Assembly: GCA_016748015.1 (NCBI GenBank)
Contig: JAAOMT010000009.1
Coordinates: forward strand, 2,154,200 to 2,218,084
DNA: 63,885 bases
Direction of reading: 5' to 3'
DNA from: Geosiphon pyriformis uo1
Taxonomy: Eukaryota; Fungi; Glomeromycota
Notes under the pieces: generated by a model
Databases searched by the model: none
The model's input: the letters and a program-made list of their open reading frames with translations, nothing else
What the model was told of the DNA's origin: nothing
Part shown: positions 25,247 through 38,243 of the stretch, in pieces
Numbering within the stretch: the stretch's first letter is position 1
Layout: each line of letters starts with the position of its first letter
Translations under genes and position numbers: made by a program

Positions 25247-27067
25247 TGAATTCCAATTTGTTTTTATTAAAACTTAAATTAAGTATATTTTTAATTTAAT
25301 TACTGATTTATTTAAAAACTTTGTCTAATTCAAAAATAAGCACAAAACTTATTTTTATATATTTATAATAAAGTATATTAATATAGTGTATACAAAATAA
25401 TAAGATAAAATTTTATAATAAAAAAACATTAAAAATTTATTTAAATAAAATAAAAGCAATAAAACATAAATTCAAATAGCTGGTTATATATAAACAAAAC
25501 ATAAATTATTTTATGTATGTAAATAATAATAAAACCACATTTTATAAAAACATTAAAAATTAAAAAATTATATTAAATATAAAGTTTTTTTACTCCTATT
25601 TTTTTATAATATGTTTTAATTTAATTAATTTATTTACATAATTACAATTTGTTTTAATAGAATAAGCTTTTTTAAGTAGTGTAAATTCATTGCATTAAAA
25701 GCCAAAACAATTTAAATATATATGTATTTAAATTAGAATTATTTGATGCTTAATTGTCATGTAATAACAATATCAAAATTATATTTATATAATTTTTTTT
25801 AAGAATAAACATTATAATTAATTTAGGTTAAATTACGACATTTTGACCCATGATTTCCAAGTCACGTTCAATCTTCTTTATAGCCCGGAATATTTCTGAA
25901 TTTCTAATTGAAAGTGTCATTTGATGTGAAGGGTATAAACTCCTTCAGAAATCATTTTCAGCCATTCACGATTTTCAATCATAAATTCAAAAATGCGGAG
26001 AATATGGTTATCTTAATCAGGAAATATAAAAACGAAATTGGCATATTATAAAGGTATTTACTTAAAACCATAGAATACGTATATAGTTTCAGAAATCTTT
26101 GAATTCTCGATATATTTATATACGGGGCGTATCGACATTTAATGAACCTCAAGGCCCATAATCAATTCGCTATTTTTGGAGGACATGAATCTCTCCACAT
26201 ACCCTATGATGCTTCGGACTTAAATGGTGATAGAAAGTATGGGCTACATCTTGGCGAAGCACCTTCAGCAGGAATTATTTCAAGGGTCTAAATTGTCATC
26301 ATCAGATTCGTTTGGCTGTTTGACACGCAATTTCGCATCTCATTTGAACTTCCTAGATTGTCCTTGAATATTAATGCTTTCATGTCCATAATCTATATAA
26401 TTCAAAAGGCTGAAAATCGTTTATAGTAGAAGGTTGACAAAAGCTCAATGAGCGTGAGTTCTATATGCGGTATCGAAAATAATGATGAGAGGTATATAAC
26501 ATGACAAAATAGTAAACAAGACAAATATACTTTGGATTGTAAATGTCGCGCATAACAGTTTTTTTCCTGAGGAAATTTACTTGAACGATAAACTCAATTG
26601 TAAGAATATCCTACGTGAAAGAGTGTCTTAACTCACATGAGTTCAGGAAGCCGATAAGGTTTTGCACGCCAAGACCCAAGGCAATTATACAAAAACTGGT
26701 TAAGGGCAAATGCTTAAATAATATCGGCCTACGGAGCTCTGCAAGTTTGAATACAGAAGGTGTCCTTCAGGTAGATAACTAACGGGAACTTAAAGAGGTC
26801 AAAAGCTTTCTTTGGTGTGGATAAAGGGTAGAAGCCCAAAATCTTCTATGCTCATCGTCAACATGTGAAAGATTTGGCTAATGAGAGTAATTGTTTGGCG
26901 CTTGAACTAGTAATATAATTATTGATCTAACTGTTAGTAATACCACCATTGAGATTGCCTAATCCAGATCCAGCAAACTGAAAGTTTGAAAAATTTCTCA
27001 TATCTGCACAAAATTTCAAAAGAAGATCGAATATGAAAAGCACATAACTGTTATCGATAACAGAATA

Positions 27068-30000
27068 TTATCTCTTCTTTATATTCCGTTGTTTTTCAGC
27101 ATGTTCTATGATTTTTTTCTCCACGAACATTCCCTAAAGTTGTGATTGAAAAAGAATTACTTCATCTTCTCGAAAAATTTGCAGCAGTAAAAAGATCAAA
27201 CCTTTTACCTTTCTTTTGCGAACACCTTCCATATATTTTTTGGCTAGATTTTCTCGATCCGATTTTTCACCAAGATCCTCCAACTCCTCTTCAGTAGTGG
27301 GCACCCAAAAGGGATCTTCATCAAGTATCTCGAAGCTTGATTTGTTAATTTCAAGTTGTAAAGGCAATATGTGTATGTTAGATTAAAATCATTTATTACG
27401 TCAAACCAATTATAGTCAAACCCACTGACCCGCTAAAAATAAGCTGAGGGCTAGCAGCACCCGAGGTTCTTGTTCGTATTTCTATTGGGGTTCAAACATG
27501 ACTTAAGACAAAGAACAGATTAATCTATAATTCAGTACTAGTTAGTTACCATCAGCGAAACCAAAGCTCTCTACTACGGGCAAAAGAGCATGAATCTCAA
27601 AAAATGGGGTTCCTTCTTTTAATTCTTCTGAAACAATCCGTCCGCGACGACGCGAGATAACAGCATAAACTTTTCCTAAAACTTCGGCTTTTATGCAGGT
27701 CGAGGAGTTTAGTATATGCCTCTTGTAATTACCCAGACAAAAACGTTATAAAGTGGATTTCTTACTTGTAGCTTGAATATCACAGGAGTAAATTGCCAAC
27801 ATTAACCTAGGTGACCACTCCAGAAAACCTTGTCGGCACACATCTCTCATTGATGTAATCACTTGCCCAGCCAACTTTGAGCGCACTGATATTCAAACAA
27901 TATATGAGATGAATTTGATAAGAAAAATTGATGTAAATTAATGTGTTTCATGCCTTCAGACACATCGATATCACTGTTTTCGATGGACACTTTAAAATCT
28001 TCTAAAAAATATGCAACACCCATTAATGGCTCCGCACATAGGGGACCGGCTTTGGTGGCAAGTTGAAAGCCTGTGTGAATTGCTTCATCAAAATCTCCGA
28101 TTGTAAATTCTTCATCAGGTATTTTTTTAAGAGTGCTAAAAGATCCTTCTTCGTTAGGGGAAAAATCCAAGAGTTTGGATTCATAAATTGTTCTTCGCCA
28201 GCTGTGTCAAATTTAGATCAAAGATTTAAAAACGAGCGATATTGTACATAATTGGCCAGGGATCAAAATCACAGAAATTTGAATCAAATAAACTCTTACG
28301 ATTTCCTGTTATAATCGGGAACATGATTGACCAAAATATTTGGCCCAACTCGCTTTGGTCCAAAAGCCCATATCCTAAATGATGAAATTAATGGTTAAAA
28401 ACCCGAGTAGCTTGAATAATTTTTAAAACTTTACTATTAATTGTTAAATACTTTTCTAGAACATCCTTCCAAGTCTCTTTATCGGCGGCTTTATTAAATT
28501 CTGCTTCTAAAAGAGTAAAGAACTCGTCCGTTTTTAAAACACGCTCTTTTTTTATCGCTACTTCTTTTAATGCTTCCTCGTCATATGCAACTGAAGTGTA
28601 CCCCTTATTCCGCCATTCACGCTCCTCTAACATAGATTTGACGGTGATTACGTTTGCATTCAAGAATTCGTTAACATTGGGAGGCAAGGGAACCGTCCGA
28701 ACTTTTAAGGTACAATACTTGTTGGGTGTTGATAATCTCACTTGACCACGGGATATATTCACCTCTTTATCTTTAATGTTGTAAAGATTTTAGAATTAGA
28801 AATAAAATGGCCTTTTTCTACGGTCAAAAAAAAAACCTACCTGCGACTGGTACGATTGTCTCCCTAAACGGGACGATTGGAGGAGAGACCTGAATCTCAA
28901 TCTTGGCAAATCGATCTTTAAGATCTTTGAGACAACGCTTTTGAAAGATTTTTTTCGTAATGATTTTAATAGATACAATTTTTTTTAGAAACTGCTAATA
29001 CCAATAAAAATGAAAAAAAAACAAACCTCAAGGTGAACTTCACCTGCTGTTAAAATAACATGTTCCCCAGTTTCTTGCACTAGGACCTCAACACAAGGAT
29101 CAGCTTGATTTAGAAGACGAAGACCTTCAATGAGTTTTGGCATTTCAGCTGTAGAATAGAAAGCAGAATAAGAATGAGAATTCGACAATGAACCAAAAAA
29201 TCAAACCATAAAGGAGAAATTAATACATGGATCCTTTGGTTCTAGCGCAACACGAACAATTGGTGCAGACTTTGATGAATTTAAATATATGTAATAGCTC
29301 CAAACATTGAGGGAAAATTAAATAGGAGATTATTTTAACACCTCAAAATCTTAAAATATAGGTACCTCTAGTGCGACACCAGCCAAACTATTACACGCTA
29401 AGGTACTGCTTAAAGTCGCGTTTTTCAAAACGTGCCCTTCTAGCCCTCCAATGCCAAAAACATTTCCAGCAGGAACTTCTTGAAGCAATTCGAGCTCTCT
29501 TCCCATTATCATATAAAGACTTTGGACAATGATTTCCGAACAATATTTCTCAGGCTGATCAGGATCGTACTTGGGCTTAAGCACATAAAGTTTCTGTCCG
29601 ACTCTGATGGTTCCCGAGTATAAACGGGCAAATCCAATAAAGATCTCTTTTGATATATCAGAGTCTGAAGGAGGAGGATCTTGGATTTTCTCCTCCTCCG
29701 TTAATTCATCCTCAATCATGATGGAGGCTCCTGATATTAGACACCCATCAGCTTCGGAAGAAAGAGTGTTAATTGCAGCCACTCCACATTCCCCATTATT
29801 GTTCAACTCATTCACTTTTCGGGCCTCTCTTTGAAGCTTCCCTCTTTCTCTCAGTTCTTCAGCAGTAAGCTGTTTTCTTTTGTTTTGTGGTAAAAATTCA
29901 GAAGACACAGCAAACATTTTGGAGATATAAGCGATAACAGGTGCCGACTCACTAGTATCACAAGCATATAAAGCCTGTTCGACGTCATTTTTAGGCTTTT

Positions 30001-31692
30001 CCGGAGAATCAGAATGTGGATATAATATTTTTGGTAGACGTCTAGGTTGTGCCACGACTGGAGATGGAAGCTTGTCAATCACGGCGAGTGCATACTACTG
30101 TTAAGGTATCAATACAAATATAATAAAACAAATATATAGCGAGTGCAAGGATATGTAATACAGCTGTGGAAAGTGGTAGCCATTGTGTAAAGATTGATGT
30201 CAGAAGAGTTCTTGTATCTTTTGATCTCATATCTCTTGGTAAAATTTTTAAATTGAGCGCTTTCACAATTTTTTCGATTTTCTCACGATCGCTATAAAAT
30301 ATTAGAGTTTAGTCAAATTTAATATTCCTCAAAATCAAACAATCTCTAAACTCATCGAAATATTTACTTGTTCAATATGACAGAATCATAAACTGCCCAT
30401 ATATTTTCCAATACAAATTGAACAAACATTGGTTTCATCTGACGTCCCTTTAAATGCTTATGTTGCAATACGCGTTTGGTTTTCGGATCAAGATAATAAT
30501 CTCCCCAAAGCACTTTGCGAAGTAAAGCTTCTTTCATACCCAACTTTGAAGCATATATTTGAGCAAATTGCTCAATCCTGAAAATCAATGGAATATCTAT
30601 TAATTCGATTATTGGAAAAATCTTGTGTATCAATAATATTATATCTGATACCTAAATGCCCATCCATCAATAGCACTTGCAAAAACAACATTGCCCGAAT
30701 CTGGGGTAAAATAAATGTTTGAGTCATCGCGTTCCTCTGATATTATTTCCGTTCCAACTTTTTCGGCTTCTCCCCCGTTTATCATCCTTTCCTATTAACA
30801 AAGGCAAAATTGAATAACATAATCCCTGTACAACAAAAGAAGCTGTTAGTGAATTCAAAGAAAAATCGTACCTTCTCAGCATCATGTCGTCTTGTTTCTT
30901 CTTCTAAAACTTCCCCAGCAAAGCAGGTTCCCATAATGGCATTTACTTGTTCCAGAATTTTATTGAGGTGTACATAAGCTTCCATTGGTGTCAATTTTAG
31001 TTCGGAAATAAGTCGATCAATTTTGTTAAGCACAAGAACAGGTCGAACCTGCTCGAACCATGCCTGACGAAGTACGGCATGTGTCTTTGGGTATAGGAAT
31101 ATTTTATTTTATTTAATTGTGAATTTCCACAAATAATTTTTTATGAAATAATCATCAAACCTGTGTACAGACACCTTCTACAGCATCTACAAGAATTAAA
31201 GTCCCATCACATAGCCTTGATGCTGTCGAAACTTCACTGGAAAAATCAACATGGCCAGGAGCATCAATAAGATTTATAAGATAATCATGAGATGTTTTCA
31301 AAGGTTCTTTGTTTAATAACATTTATTAAATTGCGGATGCGAGAAAAATGAGTGAATGTTGATTAAGAGTCATAGAAGTAAACCCTAAACCTTGAAAACC
31401 AGCTTACAACAAAACGAGGCTCACCTACACCCTCAGCTGCTTTATGCAAAACTTGAAAGTATAAAGAAATCCCGCTGGCTTCCATTGTAATGCCCCTTTT
31501 TTGTTCATCTTCACGACTATCTAGATATCTCACTTTACCCGCTAATTTGCTAGAAATGATTCCGTTGGAAGCTAAAAGTGAATCAGACAAAGTGGTCTTT
31601 CCATGGTCGACATGCGCAAGGATGCAAATGTTTCGAATGTGATCAGGATAAGATTGCAGCTTCACAAGCTGTGAGGTATTAACTACTGGCAT
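27068..31692 (-). CDS. EFL1: Elongation factor-like GTPase 1 (ribosome assembly protein Ria1/EFL1), about 18 exons
   Basis: Spliced by hand: AHVDHGKT (G1), [13 protein letters not shown] (G3), NKID (G4), [28 protein letters not shown]-terminal [17 protein letters not shown]...[11 protein letters not shown], which is characteristic of EFL1 rather than EF2. Confidence 0.96.
30088..30154 (-). other. U12-type (minor spliceosome) AT-AC intron in EFL1, 67 bp
   Basis: 5' site ATATCCTT, branch site ACCTTAAC shortly before the 3' site ..GCAC. Removal gives in-frame [19 protein letters not shown]. Confidence 0.93.
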
Positions 31693-31971
31693 GGTTACAA
31701 TTGGTGAGTGGTGGTGAATAGTTGAAAATTTGAAGGTTAAGTTTTCAAATTGAGTCAAATTGATAAATTATTTTTTAATATTCCCGCTGGCATGATATCA
31801 TGATCAGCTGGATTATTATAGATTATAACCACGAGGTTTATTTCTTCGATCCTGATTTGGCCGACGCTGCCAACTTTTTGAAACTTCCCCAACTTTTGCC
31901 ATAATGCCCCAATACCTTTGCTTAGCTTTTTCACGTTTAGTTAAGTTCTCACTCTTTTTTCACCAACCAGT
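31693..31971. promoter_or_regulatory. Compact divergent (bidirectional) promoter region between EFL1 and the PAQR gene
   Basis: Head-to-head ATGs 279 bp apart; CpG-retaining; palindrome catgatatcatg at ~31791-31802. Confidence 0.6.
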
Positions 31972-33664
31972 ATGGAGGCCTTGCTTTCTCAGCGTAAGTT
32001 GTCGTATTCTAAGCACTCCTTGACCGAATCAACCATTCAAGATGAAACCCTCTCGTTCAGAGTCAATCCCAATCTCAGCAAGGTAATTCCAAATCAAAGG
32101 TATTGTGATCAAACTTTGATTTCTTTAACTTTCTCACGTTCTTTTTGAAAATATGAAATTTGTAGGGAATCAAAGAGGCTTATGTTTCTCTCACCTGCAA
32201 TTTTGCTGATCTCCCGCATTGGTTACAGGATAATTGCGACATTTTGAGAGGGTATCGTCGGCCAACCTTTTCCTATCAAAAATGTTTGAAATCGTTATTT
32301 TATCTTCACAACGAATCCGGTAAACTTTTTTATGATCTTTTTTTGACTGATGATATATTTTTGGATAATTAATTTTTTTCGTTTAAATAGTAAACATTTG
32401 GTCGCATTTTTTGGGAGCAATTGCTTTTATCGTTATTGCCTTTACCACCTATATTTACACGCTGTCACATAAGCCTTCGATAAATTGGTGGGATTTTCTT
32501 GTGTTTTATTGTTTCTTGGCTGGTGCAATTGTTTGCTTAGGGCTTTCTTCTTTGTTTCATACCTTTTCTTGCCATTCAGAAAAGGTATGAGTTTTGACTG
32601 CTTATTTTTTATGATCTTGATATTTTGGAGAATTCATCAAAGTCATCTAAATGTCTTTTATTATTGTAAGGTATGCGCCAACTGGAACCGATGCGATTAT
32701 ATTGGAATTGTTGGATTAATTGTGTTAGTATTTCTTTTGCATGCTCAACCTATCCGGAAATGTTTTTATTTCGACTAAGAGATGTGTCATCATTATAATC
32801 TACTTTAGAGGATCGTTTTATCCAATGATATATTATGGTAGCTGCACTTTTTGATTTTAAATTTTTTTTCTACATTTTGCCATCCATGACTAAATCCCTT
32901 TTCAAAAAAGGATTTTATTGCCATAAAGTATTGCAAATACTTTATTTATTTTTAATCTCGGCTTTTGGAATTGCTACGGTATGCATTTTATTATTTAAAA
33001 AAACTAGGTTTAAATTTTTTGATTGATTTAAGTTTTTCGAATTTAGATTGTTGTAACGGTAGCTCCTACATTTCGTACCCCTGAATTTCGTTTGTTCCGA
33101 ACAGGGTTATTTTTATCCATGGGTCTCAGTGGCTTTTTTCCTGTAGCTCACGCCATAGCGATTTATGGGGTAAATTCTAATTTGGAAACCTTTTGTCAAT
33201 TGAACATCTGATTCCATGCATATTCTTACTTTTGCCATTTTTAAAGTTTCATCTTTGTTTCGATGTAATCTCCCTCGATTACATGCTATTAATGGGAACT
33301 TTTTATGTCCTTGGGGCAATTATTTATGGTTTTCGGTATGAGAAACTTATTATTAATTCTGCATAGTGTTTTTTGTATTTTTTCTTATGGTGCTTTTTTA
33401 TGAATTTAGTGTACCAGAAAGATGGTTTCCAGGAAAGTTTGACATCTGGGTACAACTTTTGATTTATTTGTCATTGATACGTTTCATTCTTTGGAATATT
33501 TTAATCTAATTATATTTTTATAGGGATCTTCTCATCAAATTTTTCATCTGTTTGTTGTATCAGCTGCTCTGGTTCATTACCATGGGGTCACATTAGCGAT
33601 GGTTTATTGGCACGATCAAAATCATGAATGCCAAATAGATGTCGGATTAATGAGGCCAACTTAA
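31972..33664 (+). CDS. PAQR / haemolysin-III family membrane receptor (Izh/AdipoR-like), 10 exons
   Basis: Not in the ORF track; spliced by hand with GT-AG introns: LPHWLQDN.DILRGYR, HNESVNIWSH, SSLFHTFSCHS, DYIGI, PERWFPGKFDIWGSSHQIFH (PAQR zinc-binding motifs). Confidence 0.93.
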
Positions 33665-34210
33665 TCTGTTTCAAATGTTCTACTTAAGATAATGGAGGGA
33701 TTTTAATGAGCAGGTTGTCAGGATCCGAACTATAATTGTCATTTACCTCGATGGATTGCTGAATGATTTTGATCGTCAATTAATAATTATTTATTTTGGT
33801 ACCTTATTGCACTACAAATCAATCCGAAACATTTTGCCAAGGAGTTGGGAATTTCCCACCTTTTCAATATTATTAAAGATGTCGCGTAGCAATTTGTTTG
33901 AACTCGTTTTATTGATCATTTTAAGGTTTATTTGAGAAAGCTGGTTTCTTAATCCGACAATTTACAAGAGTGGATGTCCCATATGAGTTTCTATTTAATT
34001 TTTAAAATCGAGTTCACATAATAAGAACCCTTTAAGGACTTTTCTTGCTTGAAAACAATCGGATTTGGGTATTCGTTAAGCAAAACTAGCGAATCTCAAC
34101 TAGAAATTCCACTCACACCCGTCCTCCCCCGACCACACTTTCATAAATGAAAAGCTACTAAAATTCAATGTTCAGTTATGAGATAAAAATAAAAATCAAA
34201 TTGACCAACA

Positions 34211-35944
34211 CTAGATATTGGACGGTCCAGGTTTGGGTTTTGCATTGATCGAGGTGTCCACAGCTGACAACTCGAACTTTCCGTCTGTTCCTCGGGAAAT
34301 TAAAGGAAGTGTTTTATGTCTTTCTCGTGATGAGCCATCATTCTGTTCATCTAAATTTTCCACGACTTCATTCGCAATCTGGAAAGGCGCTTCGTTCGGA
34401 GAATTCTGAATCTTCTCAATGGTTTCTACCAGCTGAGCAGCTCTGACCCATTTTCTTCTCCGTGTGTATCGACGAAATCCACCCTTTCCCGAGAAATGCT
34501 TCCATCTGTTGTCGGCGTATTCCCACCCCTCCTTATCAACGTCACCATCAAGATCCACCCACCATTCGCTATCAACCCATCGCCATTCCTCGGTCTTGCG
34601 AATCAGCATGTTAGGTTCATCTGGCGACGCCGTTAGTTGGATTGAGGGAGGAGGAAGTTGGAAAGAATTTTTATTGTTAGTTGGTTCATTATATTCGTCG
34701 GACCTTGAAAAATGCAAGCGTTTCCGATAATTTGTTAAGAATTTTAGATATTCAAATGAATTAAATAAGTAGTGGGTTCAAATTACCAAGGAGGTCTTTC
34801 ATTTGGGAACAAATTTGTCGTCCAATCAAGACCAAGCCACCAGCGTTGATTCTCGTATAACACAAATCGAAAAACAAGATCTGCAGACGTTTTTGAATCA
34901 TCTCTGGTAGTCTTTTTGGCAAGTTTTTTTTGCTGCTCTTTGGCTTTGCGTACCAAAGTTCCGACAGAAAAGCCACGTCCTTTTTGATTTAATCTTCCAC
35001 CCCAGATAAATCCAATCAAAAAACCGATAATTCCTCGAAATAATGGAGATTGCATTAACGCGTAACGTATTACTTTGAACCATGGACTGTTCCACACTAG
35101 CGCCAGTGTTCCACTAACCAGGAAAATCCATGTCAACGGAACAAAATAATTCATAAAAACCCAAACAGGATAAGAGTATAAAAGACCAAGGATAACTATC
35201 TGAGTCTGGGCTGGATTTGACCAATTTATATGTTGATCAATATCTTTGACCAATGCATGCCAATCGGTAAGTTTTTCGGATATATTTTGAATCTCTTGAA
35301 CAGTTCGATTCAGATCAAGCTGAGAAATAGAGCTAGCAAGGGAACTAGGTTTACCTTCGATAGGGAAATATATAGTTAAAATAAACCCAGAAAAGTCAAA
35401 ACTTTGACAAGGTATCAGCAAGTTTTGAACTTGCATAACCACCTTAATATACAGACCGCAAAGACAGATAGGCTTGAATAGGAAAGTGTAATATTCACTA
35501 ATTACCAAGTCGCTCACGCTTTCCCTTTTCAACCCAGCGCCAACTAATCCAAGCGATTAGAATTACATGTATACCAAAGACGATAAGTTCTCTGGGAAAT
35601 AAGCACATTGTCCACCATATGGCAACTAATAAACAGGACTCTGAAGGGTTTGAAGCTTGCCAGGTCACTAGCGAAAGAAAATACGAGAAAAAATGTATAA
35701 GGGGTGTGGTGTAAGTAAGAACCCGAGTGATACTGGTTGGGGTAGAAGATAAAAAGTCTACAGAGGAGGCGACGGGGGAACTGTGCATGCCAGTTCCGTT
35801 GGAAGTTGAAGATATTGAACCAGAACGGGAGATATTTTTGGTAACCATTGACATGTTCTCTGGTGTGTCGGCTTGCTTCAAGAAATTTTTGGATAAGGGA
35901 GGAAGGTTGGTGAGGAAAAAAGCTTGCCAGTCAAATGAGTCCAT
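34211..35944 (-). CDS. Pex23/Pex24 (Pex28-32) family peroxin with reticulon-like TM region and DysF domain, 3 exons
   Basis: Three ORFs joined by GT-AG introns; hydrophobic segments, then YENQRWWLGLDWT...WRWVDSEWWVD...GWEY...YTRRRKWVR (dysferlin domain). Confidence 0.9.
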
Positions 35945-37034
35945 TTAATAGCTAGCAGCGTGGTTTAATGTCAAAAAGGTAATTTTTAAATTCGTCAAAT
36001 AGAAATTGAATGATGAGCATTTACACGTGAGAATCTGTAGGTGTGAATGAGAAATCAAAAAGAGGGTTAAATTAATTATCCACACGGGACTAGATAAACT
36101 AAGGGATTATTCCACCAGCAGGAATTCATGGGCAAGCGTTTTATCAATGAGTTCCCAAAATGGGAAACGAAATCATAAATGTTTTTATCTTTTAATTAAT
36201 GCTTCTTCAATTTAATTAATTTCATTAAATCCATTATTATACTTTCAAATTAAATATTAATGCTATCTATTATTATATTAAAATCAAAACTGTTAATTTT
36301 TTATTATCATTATAACTGTTTTGGATACAAAATAATATTTGCCTCTTTTAAAATTTTGTTTTACTTCTCTATTTTTAAATTAAAAAAAAAAACAATTAAT
36401 CTAAAGCATCTAAAATTTATAAAAATAAACTATTAATAAATTTAATAATTTTTGCTTAGAAAAAACAACTTGTTTATGATTTAAATAATAACATATAATA
36501 ATAAATTACAAAATTTAAGAAATTAAATTAAATTAGATTAAATTATTAATTATAAATGGATAAAATTGATAATTTTATTTAAAAAATTTTGATTAAAATC
36601 AATATTTATATAATAATATAAATAAATAAAATTATTAAAAATATATATATTATATGTACTTAAATTTATATATAAAATGTATATTTTTTAAATATTTTGT
36701 CTTTTTTTTCGAATTATTTTAATTTTTAATGTGTAGAGTTAATTATAAACATAAATTCTTTGTCATTTTAAAATGTATAGAAAAATCTTTCATTTAAACT
36801 AGCTTTACTTGCGTTGGATATGAATGGGAAAAAATAGATTGCATTCAATAATCTAATAAATTATTAACATGAAATTACGGAATGTTCGTTTCTTCAATAC
36901 CTAGTTGCCATTTTTAAAACTTCATATATATGTGATTCTTGGCCTTTCCTACAAGATTCTCTTTTTTTAAGCGGTATTTATTAATTCATGATTCAATAAG
37001 TACAATTAGAAAAAGAAAATTATAAGATAACTTA

Positions 37035-38243
37035 TCACTTGGTTTTGTTATCACTGTTATCTGAACTATCTCCACGGCTTTCATTGGTGTTATTATTTTC
37101 TGCGCCACCGGGATTAAAACCATTATTTCCATCACCACCACCACCACCTTTAATCCACTCTTCAACTTTTTTCTTCAAATTATCTTGGACAAGATGAATT
37201 GCATCCAATCTTTGAGCACTTTCATAAAAGCGATGAAAGAATGAAGCTTGTGTTCCATCTGTCCAAGATTCAAAATATCGTTTTACAAGTTCAAATCCTG
37301 GTGAAAATGCACGGGTGATGACACGGGTCGCTTTTAGAAAATCATTGAATTAAATTATATAATTTCTCAATGGGGTTTAAAAAGTTATGCAATTTAAAAA
37401 ATATTATATACTTACTCTCTGCTGCTGTTCGCTCAAACTTTTCTCCTAAATCAATTTCATACTCCTTACTGTATGAAATACAAGTAGAAAATTAGTAGAG
37501 GGATTAAATTGTTTTATTCAAAAATCAAAATTAAATAATACGTTTTCTGATTCCAAGATTTAGGGGACTCCTCAAAAGTTTCCGTGTTGTCCTGTTTCAT
37601 CTCTAATTCCAAGAAAAAAAGCCGGTTTAAGATTCGTGACTTTAATTACCAAATAACCATTGCACAACTCACCTCCCATGTATTCCTTGCAAGCTTCAGC
37701 ACCTTTCACATAAGATAAATAATATCCATCAAGAAAATTCCAACGGGAACGTACTTGTGGTAAATTAACTTTTTTTCCACTATTTAATTCAGAATCAATG
37801 CCTTTTGATATGAGGGGTTGTTTCGAATTTCCTTTATGAGAATCATTACTTCTAATAGGCTCTTTATATTGGTCACTTTTTTCTTCTTTGTCTTTCTCTT
37901 TAACTTTTTTCCTTTTTAAGCATAACATTCGACAATCAGGTTCTTTTCCTTCTCTCCTTCTTACATCTTTCTGCTTAACCCACTGTATGCAGATTTCATC
38001 AGTTTTAGGTTTCATATTTTCTGAAGTGGAGGTATTTGTGCTGATTGATTCATAAAATCCACGAAGAACGGTTCGAAATGCAAAAATACTAGGAACAGGG
38101 ATTTTTGGACCATCAGGAAGAGTAGGGGCCGGATCATTCGTTTCTGGAGAGGGTACTTCAGTTTTTGACTGTAAAGAGGACAGTGGTTCAAGCTCTGTTA
38201 TAGAGTCCGAGGTAGAACTAATGGGAGAGTTATTTTGGGCCAT
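37035..38243 (-). CDS. Hypothetical protein, 4 exons
   Basis: ATG at 38243; three phase-compatible GT-AG introns; ends ...GGGGDGNNGFNPGG...DNKTK*. CpG retained. No family recognised. Confidence 0.75.

Noticed and set aside
26482-26570. C/D box snoRNA candidate (ATGATGA...CTGA)
   Set aside because: No terminal stem, no convincing C'/D' boxes or guide; such motifs are expected by chance in AT-rich DNA.
32485-33319. Short ORFs listed in the track
   Set aside because: Off-frame, antisense or intron read-through pieces of the spliced PAQR gene.
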